Source of the DNA: Dendrobates tinctorius
Taxonomy: Eukaryota
Length of the DNA: 64,000 nucleotides
Reading direction: 5' to 3'
Assembly: GCF_039654945.1 (NCBI RefSeq)
Contig: NW_027361709.1
Location: 1,302,001 to 1,366,000, forward strand
The translations under genes were made by a program, and so were the position numbers. The notes below the pieces were generated by a model that saw nothing but the letters and a program-made list of their open reading frames with translations, ran no database searches and was not told the origin of the DNA. Position 1 is the first letter of the stretch; each line of letters starts with the position of its first letter. Shown piece by piece: positions 26,301 through 39,300 of the stretch.

Positions 26301-29300
26301 GCAGGTGTCTCCGGTGTCCCACACACTCCTATAACAATGGGGTCCTCCATGATTTTCGGCTTTGTGTTCGCCCCTATTTTTCCCACCATATTTTATGATA
26401 TAACATTAAGTGAGTGGTGATGGCCAACTCACTGAATGAATGTAAGAAAGGAATGGAGGCTTTTCTTGTGAGTAATAGTATAGAAGGTTATGAATAACAG
26501 AATATTATAGGTAGATGGGTGACCCAGCTTAGGGGAAGGAATTTTTTTCCCTATGGAGAAAATTGGCTTCTACTCTGTGGGTTTTTTGCCTTCCCCGGGA
26601 TCAACAATGCAGAACAGCTGCACTAAAAATAGGCGGAACTAGATGGACATAAGGTCTTCCTTCAGCCTTCAAAACTATGTTACTATGTAACATATTCCAA
26701 CAGTTTATTAGTGGGGTCTGATCTCTGGAACCCCCAGAAAATAATGCTGGTGGCGCTGATTGAGTGCAGCACCTTCTTGATGTTTCCTTTGTAAATGAAT
26801 GGGACCGACTCCAAATTCCACCGGTGACTATGACGCCGCTGCGCCCAATAAGCTTTTAAACAGAATTGATGTACTGCAGCTCCTACGTTCCCGGGCGCTG
26901 CCACCACTAACTCTGTAAACTGCTGGGAGTTGTAGTTCCACTAATGAGGAGGGGTCATCTGCTGTGCGCTGATACATTCCTAGTTAACCCCTTGTTCTCT
27001 ACATTAGTTCTAACGTCTTCCTGGATGAGGATTTCACTGCGCGCTTAGGCCACGCTGGGACGCGATTCTCTCCTGATCGATCGGCAAATTACACTAATGT
27101 GAAGACCCAGGAGCTGCAAAGGTTCCAGCCTTACCTGCCCGACATCTACCTGCGGTGCGGTCAGCTCACCGCACAGACGGACATCTTCTCCTGCGGTATA
27201 GTAAGTGCCGATGCTATCAGAAGCGGCCCCTGCTTTATGGCACAGGGGTCCTCCAGTGGGTGGCGGAAGAAGTGAGGGAATAAAAAGTCCTGCAGCCTTC
27301 CAATGTGCCTGGGGGCAGAGACTGGAGTCCAAAAAAAGGAAAAGTAGTAGTAGATCCAACATTTCAATAAAATATAAAACTTGTTTTCATTTTGTTACAC
27401 CATATCTCAAAAATGGCGCAATCATCAGAGGAAACATCCCAGAGAAGAATACGATCAAGGTTGATGCATTTGGAAGTAAAATCTCTTTACTCCTAACCTA
27501 TGATACAATGAGATCTTGGGGGTTTAAGGATCTGACAAGTGACTGCACCTCTACAGTCACACATGATGACCGGCCTCATTAATAAGAAACAATCCTCGTT
27601 ATCCAAAAGACAGAACAATCCATCATTACAGAATCATTAGACCCTCCTAGTGTCTTATTCTGCATCCTGACTCGTGAAGGAGATGAAATCCGTCCATTTA
27701 TTAAAACCCTGAGGAGACAAAGTATTTAGCCTGGTATCCAGAAGGTAAGAACCCCCCTCAATGTTTTCCCCTCTGACTGAACAATTAACCTTTCGACACA
27801 TTAAACAAACTGAATTTTATCTGATCATCTTTGTGTTCTGTAAGAAACTGTCTGGAAGCATTGTCAGGGTAATGGCCTCAGGGTTACTGAGCCTCTTCAT
27901 TGATTCTTTGGTGCCGATATTTTACATCACACCAAGCACTGGATACAATGCACCAAAACTCACAGCTACAGTGGATGAATTGTTTAATTGAATGTTTTTT
28001 CTATGTGATGAAGTGATCCCATTCCATTGTTTGTGTAATGTATTTACAAGATTTGCATTCCTCAATGATGAGGAAGGTGTGAGGTCGACTCTTTTATTAT
28101 GCGATTCTCCTGAGAAACAAGAGTCCTGAAAGGATTAGGAATTATTTATTTTAGAACTGACAACAATTCCCTAACATTCCCTAACATTTGCTTATACACC
28201 ATAGGGAAATATTTAGTAATGAATAAGACTCTTGTAACTATGATAAAAAAGGAAAGAACATTAATTTAATCACATGAGATAAAGCAGCTAATGAAACAAT
28301 TCATCAACTGTAGCAGCAAGATCTGGTGTATTGTATCCAGTGCTTGGAGTAATGTGAAGAATATCGGCTGCACCACTGTAAATTGAGACAATCAATACTT
28401 GAGGGTTTTTTACCCAAGTTCAGTGGCTCCGGTGGGGCTTACATCTGGACCCCTGCAAAACGGGATTTGGACATATGCACCAACTATAACGGTGCAGACA
28501 GAGTCCACGTGCGCTCTGACGGGAGGCCGACTCCCATCGAAGTAGACTATGGTTATAGTTTTGACTGGATGAAAATAAAAAGTTTTATACATTTTATTAA
28601 CGTGTTGGATCAAGTGCTATTTCCGGTTTGCTTTTGTTGTGGAGTTTGGATCTTTGAACGCTGGATAGGTGAGCCGATTACACCACTTTCTGCAGAGTCC
28701 AAAAAATCAAGTGTATGGGATAGAATAATGCCAAATATTATTATTATTATTTATTGTTATAGCGCCATTTATTCCATGGCGCTTTACATGTAAGGAGGAG
28801 TATACATAAAAACAAGTACAATAATCTTAAACAATACAAGTCATAACTGGTACAGGAGGAGAGAGGACCCTGCCCGCGAAGGCTCACAATCTTCAAGGGA
28901 TGGGTGATAATACAGTAGGCGAGGGTAGAGCTGGTCATGCAGCGGTTTGGTGGATCGGTGGATACTGCAGGTTGTAGGCTTGTCGGAAGAGGTCGGTCTT
29001 CAGGCTCTTTTTGAAGGTTTCGATGGTAGGTGAGAGTCTGATATGTTGTGGTAGAGAGTTCCAGAGTAGGGGGGATGCGCGAGAGAAATCTTGTATGCGA
29101 TTGTGGGAAGAGGAGATGAGAGGGGAGTAGAGAAGGAGATCTTGTGAGGATCGGAGGTTGCGTGCGGGAAAGTACCGGGAGACGAGGTCACAGATGTATG
29201 GAGGAGACAGGTTGTGGATGGCTTTGTATGTCATGGTTAGGGTTTTGTAATGGAGTCTCTGGGCAATTGGGAGCCAGTGAAGGGATTGACAGAGGGGAGA

Positions 29301-32169
29301 AGCTGGGGAATAGTGGGGGGACAGGTGGATTAGTCGGGCAGCAGAGTTTAGAATAGATTGGAGGGGTGCGAGAGTGTTTGAGGGGAGGCCACAGAGCATG
29401 AGGTTGCAGTAGTCAAGGCGAGAGATGAGGGCATGGACTAGGGTTTTTGCAGATTCTTGGGTGAGGAATGAACGGATTCGTGAAATATTTTTGAGTTGAA
29501 GTCGGCAGGAAGTGGAAAGGGCTTGAATATGTGGTTTGAAGGAGAGATCAGCGTCGAGGATTACTCCGAGGCAGCGAGCTTGTGGGACTGGGGAGAGTGG
29601 GCAGTCATTTACTGTAATTGATAGGTTTGTAGGGGGGGTCACGTGAGATGGGGGAAAGATGATGAATTCTGTTTTGTCCATGTTGAGTTTCAGAAATCTA
29701 GCGGAGAAGAAGGATGAAATAGTGGACAGACATTGAGGGATTCTGGTTAGTAGGGAGGTGATATCTGGTCCAGAGATGTAGATCTGTGTGTCACCAGCAT
29801 AAAGATGATACTGAAAGCCATGAGATTCTATGAGCTGTCCCAGGCCAAAGGTGTAAATAGAGAACAGCAGGGGCCCAAGGACTGAACCTTGTGGGACTCC
29901 TACAGATAGGGGGCGAGGTGAGGAGGTGGTGTGTGAGTGGGAGACGCTGAATGTCCGGTCTGTTATGTATGATGAGATCCAGGATAGGGCCAAGTCTGTG
30001 ATGCCGAGGGATGAGAGGGTCTGTAATAATAGGGAATGGTCCACTGTGTCAAAGGCAGCCGACAGGTCCAGGAGGAGGAGGACAGAGTAGTGTCGCTTGC
30101 TCTTGGCGGTTAAGAGGTCATTGGTGACCTTATTAAGGGCAGTTTCAGTGGAGTGGTGTGACCGGAAGCCAGATTGTAAGCGGTCGAAGAGGGAGCAAGA
30201 AGAGAGATGGGAGGACAGTTCAAGGTAGACGTGCTGTTCCAGGAGCTTGGAGGCGTAGGGGAGAAGTGATATAGGGCGATAGCTAGATACAGAGGATGGG
30301 TCAAGAGAGGGCTTTTTGAGGATAGGTGTGATGGAGGCATGTTTAAAGCTTGAGGGGAAAACACCAGTTGTTAGTGATAGGTTGAAGAGATGGGTTAGGG
30401 TTGGGATGAAGACTGTGGTGAGGTTTGGTATGAAGTGGGACGGGATTGGGTCGAGTGCACAGGTGGTGAGATGTGATCTTGAGAGTAGAATATAATATAA
30501 TAAAAGGGAGAGTGATGGACGGTCCTAAAGTCATGACATAAAATCTGCTGTGAGACGACGTCCACTAATCAGGAATTTTTTATTTAATACAATGTGTTTT
30601 ATGATTTTTTTTTCTTTTAGGTTTTAGCAGAACTCCTGACCGGACTGAAGCCCACCGACAAGGACCGAGACCCTTCGTATCTGGTACGAACAGCCACACA
30701 CAGTTTTGCATTAATTCTGTCCTTATGGAGCCATCTAATAACTCGCCCTCTGTCACCTCCAGAAAGATCTTATCCTGATGGAAGTGGAGCGGGTGAAATT
30801 AAAAGCGGAGTCCAATAGTCCTGGATCGGAGTCTGTGGACCTGCTCTGCGCAAAAGAAATCAGCCAAAAATACACGGATAGAAGACTTGAGCGTTTGGGA
30901 AGAAGTTCTGCGACACATTGGGCTTCTGCCATCTGCCTGTGTCTGAACAAGAAGAGAACTTTATTATCAGAGGTAACGTTATAATAGTATCCTGTACATT
31001 ATAGTGTGTTACTCCGTCTCAGGTTCTGTTTGTGAAGATCTGGTGGTGCAGGGAGTGCTGCGAAAAAATATACAAATTAGCTTCCCTCCAGAAGGAAGAC
31101 ATTTGTCTCTATAGCATAGGTAAAGTTAACTGTGCCTATTGATTTTTCATTAGAGGTTTTTATCTGCTATAGAGCCATCTGTCTACCTGCTTGCTGACTG
31201 TTTCCAATACCACTATACAATTTACTTTTTTATTCCCTAGATCATCTTTAACCTTTATATTTTCTTCTATTCCACAATAGGTTATAACATTGATGGAGAA
31301 GGCTCAGGAGACATTCACGGCCTGTGCGAAGGAAGCACAGGAGGACGAGATGTCCAGTGTGAATGTTCCCGAGGAGCGTGATGAGTCCTTGTCTATAGGT
31401 TACACCCATGGAGAAGCGGTGGAGCTGCCCAACTGTTCCCCCAAAGCTGTTGCCTCCTTGAGCAGCAAATCCATGCCGCCATATCGCCCAGCACAAAATG
31501 ATGTGTTCAAGAGGAGCCCGTGTGAACTGGACGAGTCTGGAAGCTTCGACTTGTATCCTGATGACAGTTGGTCCCGGAGTGAGCCGTCGTCTGCACCGAC
31601 CACAACGTCGTCTGCGGGACATCAGGACAAATCGTGGACCCCAGAAAGGAGCATACCCCAAAAATTGGCAAACTCACCAACAGGTAAACTGAAAGTATGT
31701 AAGTATGTTATCCTCTTCCACCATCTGTACAGGGGGCACAATGCAGTCAGGGGGTAGTGTCCTCCTGGAGTCACCAAGCCCAGACTCCTCCATCAGGCGC
31801 AGATAGAGAAGTGCGATCCGTCACTGCACAGAACACGTCTCCTCCAGAGTCCATTGGTGGCAGCTTTACACCAATCTCCGTCCAACGCACTGCATTGTGC
31901 TTGGTGATACATGGCTGCATGCAGCTGCTCAGCCATTGAAACCCATGCGATGAAGCACCAGCAGACTGTGTATAACAAGTCTCCATGACGTTCGCCATAT
32001 TTTATAGCATGTGTGTCACTGATCTTTCTTATTTTCTTCTCATTTACTAGAAAGCAATGAACCATCGTAAGGAATTGAAGTGAATGAAGCCAAGCTGAAG
32101 ATGATGGAGGAGATCGGAGTGTACGAAGACGAGAAGGTGGACAGCTACAGTCTTTTTCATTCAGCCTGA
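17318..32169 (+). CDS. IRAK2: Interleukin-1 receptor-associated kinase 2 (death domain, pseudokinase, C-terminal TRAF6-binding region)
   Basis: Coding exons 17318-17438, 21501-21794, 21877-21980, 22399-22587, 22679-22734, 23402-23513, 25715-25821, 27008-27200, 30621-30683, 30763-30972, 31281-31683, 32051(or 32072)-32169; all GT-AG and phase-consistent. Death domain ([21 protein letters not shown]...[12 protein letters not shown]...LELYRA), AVK lysine, Tyr gatekeeper (LIYRLM), HGNIKS for HRD, GHA for DFG, PxExxD/E motifs PEERDE and PCELDE, tail IEVNEAK...EKVDS. Synteny with TATDN2. Last exon has an in-frame TAA at 32068-32070. Confidence 0.95.
18099..19705 (-). mobile_element. Full-length Tc1 transposon, 1607 bp, intact transposase
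   Basis: TA duplication at 18097-98 and 19706-07; ~206-bp TIRs (cagtggggaaaaaaagtatttagtcag...ggtcagaaacaa) with only about five differences. Confidence 0.98.
18316..19338 (-). CDS. Tc1 transposase, 340 aa, DD34E
   Basis: Uninterrupted [13 protein letters not shown]...ITKY; paired-like HTH region, GAPRK linker, WSDETK / HDNDPKH / 34 residues / NPIENLW. Confidence 0.96.
   Translation of the reverse strand: MVKTKELSKDTRNKIVALHQAGKTESAIANQLGVKKSTVGAIIRKWKTYKTTDNLPRSGAPRKIPPRGVRMITRTVSKNPRTTRGDLVNELQRAGTNVTRPTISNTLRHHGLRSCSARRVPLLKPVHVRSRLKFAREHLDDPEEFWENVLWSDETKLELFGRNTTCRVWRKKNTELHPSNTIPTVKHGGGNIMLWGCFSAKGPGRLIRVHERMNGAMYREILSANLLPSARALKMKHGWVFQHDNDPKHTARATKEWLRKKHFKVLEWPSQSPDLNPIENLWRDLKVGVAKRKAKNITALEEICMEEWANIPTTVCGNLVKTYRKRLTSVIANKGYITKY
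20575..20740. mobile_element. Tc1-like terminal remnant
   Basis: Two copies of aggggtgtact(t/a)acttt ending in ...ctg-TA, typical of an IR/DR Tc1 terminus. Confidence 0.45.
21147..21293. mobile_element. Short palindromic MITE-like element (related copies at 23157-23335, ~16970-17050, ~15850-15900)
   Basis: Inverted ends cacagctgagggtttgttaca...tgtgacaaaccttcagctgtg. Confidence 0.6.
21995..22330. repeat. 45-bp minisatellite (~7-8 copies), IRAK2 intron
   Basis: Unit ccggtataacctgggcatctcctgtatataattatatatgtacag, with a variant gradient along the array. Confidence 0.9.
24391..25685 (+). repeat. 86/81-bp tandem array (~15 copies), IRAK2 intron
   Basis: Same unit as 4430-6583; ends ~30 nt before the acceptor at 25714. 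Confidence 0.96.
27910..28376. mobile_element. MITE-like element with ~80-bp imperfect terminal inverted repeats
   Basis: 27910-27990 (ggtgccgatatt..ccaagcactggatacaat..gctacagtggatgaattgttt) is the reverse complement of ~28292-28376. Confidence 0.65.
28736..30489 (-). mobile_element. 5'-truncated L2-clade LINE (RT domain and 3' tail)
   Basis: ORF 28935-30044 with [22 protein letters not shown] (YADD mutated), LNMDKTE, LHWLP; frameshifted upstream RT segments. The 3' end reads gtaaagcgccatggaataaatggcgctataacaataaa(taa)n. Confidence 0.93.
31770..32010. mobile_element. Old Tc1/mariner-derived fragment in the last IRAK2 intron
   Basis: Resembles by recall a common fish/amphibian Tc1 relic (ctccagagtcca..gctttacacca..gcattgtgcttggtga..gcagctgctc..gaaacccat). 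Confidence 0.4.
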
Positions 32170-34006
32170 GTTCACTATGTATTACACCAGCGATGGCCAT
32201 TATAGGACTGAGCATACACCATTAACACTACTACCTTCTGGGTACCGACTTCATATGCCTCTGCAGAGACTACCTCAAAGTCTGCTATGTTCTGGCCCAC
32301 CAGAGTGGGGTACTTGTCCTACCCACATCGCCCAAGGATAATAAAGCATCATGGCCCCTTGTGTGATTATGATTGGGAGGAAGAAACCTGAGCAAATTTA
32401 AAGGAGTTTAATAAAATGAGAAAACATGTCCGCTTCCTTCCAGATACAGCGCCACCCTTGTGTTTAGGCCTAGTATGAAACTGTACCTTAATTTCAACCT
32501 CTTCTATGGAAAGAGAGTTTCTAAAAGAGGGAGGGCGGCCGTGTTTTTTTAATCCCAAAGGCCTCATTCATGTGTAAGTACATCCCATGGATGAGAAGAA
32601 CCAATTATTTTGATCAGATGCGGGGCTGAGTGTCATTAGATTTTCTCTTTTGTGGAGAAAAAAAAGTTTCTCCACCTTCTCCTTTCTGACAATCCGTGAA
32701 CATCAGACAGCATTCAGATGTCATCCAAGTGATGTCTGATTGTTTTTTTAATGGTCTCATATTGCTCCGACCCTCTTTGTCATAGATGTAATGGAAAAGA
32801 ACCCATAAACTGTGTCTTGGTGGACGTGTCACCCTCATATTATTGACGGAAGCAAGGCTTCCTCATGACTTGATGGAAACAAGAGCTAGCACTCAAAAAA
32901 CACTCCAATATTCGGCTAGGACCTCCGCTGTGGGATTATCTGATGAATGGCAGACATTGTGTATACAAGAGGCGGAGGGGTGACACTTTACATTTTCCGG
33001 TTTTCCAAAGGAATTATATCAGACACGCTGACGCTGAAGTCCAGTTATGAATATTTCTTTTCTTTATGATATTTGTATATTCTATAGTTATGGGAGACAT
33101 ACATTTGGTGTTGTGATAAAATGTTGAATGTAACGTATTTACCTACATCACTGGACGGTCTGCACATCAGTCACAAGTTAATATTGGACAGATGCAAAAC
33201 AATTTACATTCCTTGTTTCCTATCTATGGAAAGCTGACATCATGATAGGAAATATGGCAGTAATATCTCCTGCCTGGGACCACCAGGGGTGAAGATATCC
33301 TAAAAATTGTGGGTCACATAATTTTTTGGGACCCTAGCCACATCCCATAGACCAGCCCCTATAGGAGCCCACCAATGGGAGGCATGTGGGCGGGACTTTT
33401 ACCTGATAAATACAGACTGTGAATGGCAGTCACTGTCAGTCTTGGAGGATAGAGTTCCCTGTAGATCTTTACCATTTTCAGACGAAAACTTCCCGCCATA
33501 AAGACCAGAGCCGTTCCTGAGACCACAGGTCAGTACTTACCTTCTGTTATCTCTTGGTATTTCATGTGATTGTATATACCGCACTGTTTGTCCCCTTTGT
33601 GACATCTTTTGTGTGCTGATGGCAATTTTGGTAGCTTACAAGCAATGAAAGGTCTTGTCGTTCCGTGTTACTGCCTCATTTTTTTCCCCTTAATTTGTAA
33701 CGTTTTTTAATGATTGTAATTATTATTGAATTTACATAATGTTTGTAATTATCGGTTTTATACATTGTGTAAAATAAAGAGAAATGTGTAGTCCATGGTA
33801 TCATCCATGTCACCTCAGAGCCATAGGGGGAGTGTATGGGAACCAATTATAGGGGTTGTCTAGTCATCCCGCGGAGCGATCGCTAAGGGCACCAATTCTG
33901 TGCACCATACAAGGCAGGAACATATCCGAAACTTCACACATTTCATAGACATTTATGGAACAATGGTCCAAGTCACTCTGTGGTAAACGCTTGTTTATTC
34001 TCCTTA

Positions 34007-34186
34007 GGCCGCGATCACACGTTCAGGATTTGGTCAGTATTTTACATCAGTATTTGTAGCCAAAACCAGGAGCCGAAAAAGATAACAAAAAACTTGTCAC
34101 CACTTCTGCATTTATCACCCTCCTGGTTTTGGCTTATAAATACTGATGTAAAATACTGAGCAAATCCTGATTGTGTGAATGTGGCC
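34007..34186. mobile_element. PIF/Harbinger-type MITE
   Basis: Near-palindromic 180 bp with ggcc...ggcc ends and TTA duplicated on both sides. Confidence 0.75.
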
Positions 34187-34579
34187 TTAAGGCCATGAAT
34201 GCCCAGTGCCGGGTGTCTGCTGATTGTGCCCCAGTGTAAACAGGCCCATTGTGTACGCTCATGGGTGCATATGAATGGGGATTACATTGGATTTTAGTGC
34301 CTAGGCCTGAATGTGTGAACAAAGCCATAGTTACAGCTGTGACAGTCACTATTGGGCGGGAGCTTGTCTGTGTGTATATACGTGTGTGCATGCATGTACA
34401 CACACACTTTCCTCCTAATATTATATATTCTCTTTATTTGCTTGTAATCTGACTTGATAATAATAGTGGTTGCTATTGGTAACAGCCCTAATCTGTTTAC
34501 ATACGGGCCATAGTGGCGGCGCTGTGCACAGCAGCCACTCAGGTGTTTGCTTTCTGTTTCCAAAATGAAAGCGCTAATC

Positions 34580-34994
34580 TGATTGGGCCGCCTCATATCT
34601 TCAAACCAATCGGATTCCGCAATCCTGATAATGAAAGCTGTGATCTGATTGGCCATAGCGCGATAGCCCCTGATAGAGATAAGTCACGTGTGCGGCCCCG
34701 TCCTCTCTGAGACAATCGAACGCGGAGTGAACATCGCTGCACTGTAAAGTTCTACTAGAACGTACTGGTTATCAGCGTGTACTTCTCAGCCAATCAAAAC
34801 GCATTACTTTCAGCAACCAATTAGCAGAGTCGAACAATAGAATCGACAAGTTTTCTGACCAATAAACGAGCAGAACAGGAGGGGGTGGGGCGGTATCGTG
34901 CTAGGGTTCAGCCAATCACTATCAGGCGTTCTAGGGGGCGCCGGGCTACGGAAGGCGGAGGGCAGAGTCCTCGGGGCGGCGGTGCTGAGTGGCA
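34580..34994 (+). promoter_or_regulatory. TATDN2 promoter (multiple CCAAT boxes, GC box) and non-coding exon 1 (donor GCA|GTAAGT at 34995)
   Basis: CCAAT at 34790, 34817, 34859, 34912; ATTGG at 34582, 34648; GGGGCGG at ~34887; CpG-rich. The next exon has an acceptor at 36337-38 upstream of the ATG. Confidence 0.7.
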
Positions 34995-35194
34995 GTAAGT
35001 TCGGGCGCTCCCGGCACGGGCGGTGGAGGGGCTTCGGGGAGAGAGCGGGTCTCTGCGCTACGTAGCTGTCGGCTCTGTGTAAATACCAAAAAGACAGTGA
35101 ACTGCTGGGCCTTGTAGTACCAGAGAGCAGGCCCTGATAGAGCGGGGCCCCGGGCACTCTAGGTGCTGAGCAGCACGTACATGGTTAACTAGCC

Positions 35195-35608
35195 GGGGAG
35201 AAACGCGGGATATCCGCATCAGACCGCACTGTGTGACCTCAGGCAGGGGAGAAACGCGGGATATCCGCATCAGACCGCACTGTGTGACCTCAGGCAGGGG
35301 AGAAACGCGGGATATCCGCATCAGACCGCACTGTGTGACCTCAGGCAGGGGAGAAACGCGGGATATCCGCATCAGACCGCACTGTGTGACCTCAGGCAGG
35401 GGAGAAACGCGGGATATCCGCATCACGCCGCACTGTGTGACCTCAGGCAGGGGAGAAACGCGGGATATCCGCATCAGACCGCACTGTGTGACCTCAGGCA
35501 GGGGAGAAACGCGGGATATCCGCATCAGACCGCACTGTGTGACCTCAGGCAGGGGAGAAACGCGGGATATCCGCATCACGCCGCACTGTGTGACCTCAGG
35601 CAGGGGAG
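35195..35608. repeat. 51-bp minisatellite (8 copies), TATDN2 intron 1
   Basis: Unit ggggagaaacgcgggatatccgcatcagaccgcactgtgtgacctcaggca. Confidence 0.95.
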
Positions 35609-35680
35609 TTTTGTTTTCTGTCCCATCAATATTAGTTAAAAAGAAAGTTACAAAACGGAAAAGCAGCGTGTGAGCGAGGC

Positions 35681-36143
35681 CATACAGCACACCGGTCATC
35701 AGTGTCTGCGGGGGTGCGGGTGTCAGACCCCTGACCTCATACAGTACACCGGTCATCAGTGTCTGCGGGGGTGCGGGTGTCAGACCCCTGACCTCATACA
35801 GTACACCAGTCATCAGTGTCTGCGGGGGTGCGGGTGTCAGACCCCCGCCCTCATACAGTACACCAGTCATCAGTGTCTGCGGGGGTGCGGGTGTCAGACC
35901 CCCGACCTCATACAGTACACCGGTCATCAGTGTCTGCGGGGGTGCGGGTGTCAGACCCCCGACCTCATACATTACACCAGTCATCAGTGTCTGCGGGGGT
36001 GCGGGTGTCAGACCCCCGACCTCATACAGTACACCAGTCATCAGTGTCTGCGGGGGTGCGGGTGTCAGACCCCCGACCTCATACATTACACCAGTCATCA
36101 GTGTCTGCGGGGGTGCGGGTGTCAGACCCCTGACCTCATACAG
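35681..36143. repeat. 57-bp minisatellite (~8 copies), TATDN2 intron 1
   Basis: Same family as 1783-3367. Confidence 0.95.
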
Positions 36144-36352
36144 TTATTGTCTCTCGCACATTTATAGGCGCAGGATGAATTTTTGGTGTTTATGTTGTAA
36201 CATTTTGGCATCTTGTAGAGATTCTGACATCTTGGCGCCCCCTCCCTCCCCCCTCGCTGCTCCCCCTCAGGATGTCCAATGCTGAATGTCATCTTTACAC
36301 TTGTGACTAATAATTATTTTTTTTATTTTTTTTTTTAGCTTTTAAAGTCACC

Positions 36353-39300
36353 ATGGCAGACAGGAGCGTGAGCGGCTCACGAAAGCATAGATGGCAGAGT
36401 CCACCCGAGATGTCTCCTCGCAAATATCGGAAGAGCAGCGAATCACGTACAGTCAGTCACAGCCGAGAGCGCGATGCCAAGAGTCGCAGCCGAGAGCGCG
36501 ATGCTGAGAGTCACAGCTCGTCCCGGGAGCAGCAGGTGATCATCTCTCCCCTGCAGAGTACGCCCAGACGACGGCTGGATATCGTCACCGGGGTCCGCTC
36601 CACTGTGAGAGCCCTGAGTAGACAAACGGACGGAGTGCAATCCCACAGAAATGCCACCCACATAGAGACATCAGAGACGGCGCCAGAGAAAGAGGTAACT
36701 CAGTAGCAATATTCAGGGGAAACCATTACACTCACCAGGGTCGTACATAGAAGTCATGGGGCCCCATAGCAGAAGTATAATGCACAGCCCATAGTCCTCC
36801 ATGTAGTGTAATGCACAGCCCATAGTCCTCCATGTAGTGTAATGCACAGCCCATAGTCCTCCATGTAGTGTAATGCACAGCTCATAGTCCTCCATGTAGT
36901 GTAATGCACAGCTCATAGTCCTCCATGTAGTGTAATGCACAGCCCATAGTCCTCTATGTAGTGTAATGCACAGCCCATAGTCCTCTATGTAGTGTAATGC
37001 ACAGCCCATAGTCCTCTATGTAGTGTAATGCACAGCTCATAGTCCTCCATGTAGTGTAATGCACAGCCCATAGTCCTCTATGTAGTGTAATGCACAGCCC
37101 ATAGTCCTCTATGTAGTGTAATGCACAGCCCATAGTCCTCTATGTAGTGTAATGCACAGCCCATAGTCCTCTATGTAGTGTAATGCACAGCCCATAGTCC
37201 TCTATGTAGTGTAATGCACAGCCCATAGTCCTCTATGTAGTGTAATGCACAGCCCATAGTCCTCTATGTAGTGTAATGCACAGCCCATAGTCCTCTATGT
37301 AGTGTAATGCACAGCCCATAGTCCTCTATGTAGTGTAATGCACAGCCCATAGTCCTCTATGTAGTGTAATGCACAGCCCATAGTCCTCCATGTAGTGTAA
37401 TGCACAACTCATGGTCATCCATGTAGTGTAATGCACAACTCATGGTCATCCATGTAGTGTAATGCACAACTCATGGTAAATCCATGTAGTGTAATGCACA
37501 ACTCATGGTAAATCCATGTAGTGTAATGCACAACTCATGGTCATCCATGTAGTGTAATGCACAACTCATGGTCATCCATGTAGTGTAATGCACAACTCAT
37601 GGTCATCCATGTAGTGTAATGCACAACTCATGGTCATCCATGTAGTGTAATGCACAACTCATGGTCATCCATGTAGTGTAATGCACAACTCATGGTCATC
37701 CATGTAGTGTAATGCACAACTCATGGTCATCCATGTAGTGTAATGCACAACTCATGGTCATCCATGTAGTGTAATGCACAACTCATGGTCATCCATGTAG
37801 TGTAATGCACAACTCATGGTCATCCATGTAGTGTAATGCACAACTCATGGTCATGCATGTAGTATAATGCACAGCCCATGGTCATGCATGTAGTATAATG
37901 CACAGCCCATAGTCCTCCATGTAGTGTAATGCTCAACCCATAGTCCTCCATGTAGTGTAATGCACAACCCATAGTCCTCCATGTAGTGTAATGCACAACC
38001 CATAGTCCTCCATGTAGTGTAATGCCCAGCCCATAGTCTTCCATGTAGTATAATGCACAACCCATAGTCCTCCATGTAGTATAATGCGCAGCCCATGGTC
38101 ATCCATGTATTATAATGCACAGCCCATAGTCATCCATGTAGTATAATGCACAACCTATAGTCATCCATACACCCAGCTTAAGTATTTGCTGTATTCGGGG
38201 GGGCCCCTCACCCACCGGGCCCTGTTCAGAGTGATGGTTCATACAAACTTATTATGCTCCATTCACTTGCAGGACTTTAGACCCCTTATTGTCTGGAATG
38301 CAGGATGTCTATGCAGCTGGACCCCCATCTATTTTTACATTTATACTCTGTGTAATTTTCTCTTGTGCCCACAAACAACTAATATTCCACATTTTCTCTC
38401 CAGCGCGATCATCCGGAGCAGAGAAATAATGACTCTAATAGGAGATCGAGTAATGAAGCGATGAGACTGCAAAGCTCGAAAATCAAAGTGCCTTCTCTCC
38501 TATTCAAGAGGGCATTCAGTGACATCCTGGGGACGTCCTGTGCACCCCGGAGATCGCGGGACAGCGAGACCAGGAGTTCAAATGAAAGAAAACCAGTGGA
38601 AAAAAGTAGTAGCTCTGATCCCGAGGAGTCACCTCCGCTACGCTCAACCCCAAAATCCACCGTCTCCAAGAAGGAAGTTGTGGGAGACCGGAAACGGAGC
38701 AGCGACGACAGAAAGAGAGCGCCCAGCCCGAGACACTCGGTCATCAATGTGATTACCAGACCTGAAGCCAAAGTTCCGCAGGAAAACCCCCGACTTGTGT
38801 TCTTAAATGAAGACAGCGATAATGATGTAAGTAGAACAGGAAGGCCTTAAAGGGGTTGTCCAGGAATGTGATCTTGATGGCTTGCACGTAGGAGAGGTCA
38901 TCGGTATCGGATCGGTGGTGGTCTGATGCTCGGAACCTCCACAGTCCGCTGTTTGTAGCTCCGGTGACGGCTTGATGTGCAAAGTGTACGGGCCCAAAGA
39001 TCGGTACACTGTGTAGTGTCACATTCTGGTGCTGCAGCTCCCAGTGAAGTGAATGGGATCCGACCTGTGGTACATGGAAGTGACCACTACACGGTGTACG
39101 ATGCTGCACATTGTGTCCTTCCCTCCTGGTGGAGCACAGAGCTGATCTGTGAGGTTTCGTGTGCCGGACACCCACCAGATTATTCAGATTGTGGAAACGC
39201 TGATCCCATCGATTAACCCTTTCACTGCTGCTGTCACAGCTAATGGAGGCTTTGTGCAGGGAGCAGTGATCACAGGCCTGGGACCAGACCAAGGCCGTCA

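Noticed and set aside
35058-36167. 346-aa minus-strand ORF and related + strand ORFs
   Set aside because: In-frame 51-bp and 57-bp repeats in TATDN2 intron 1.
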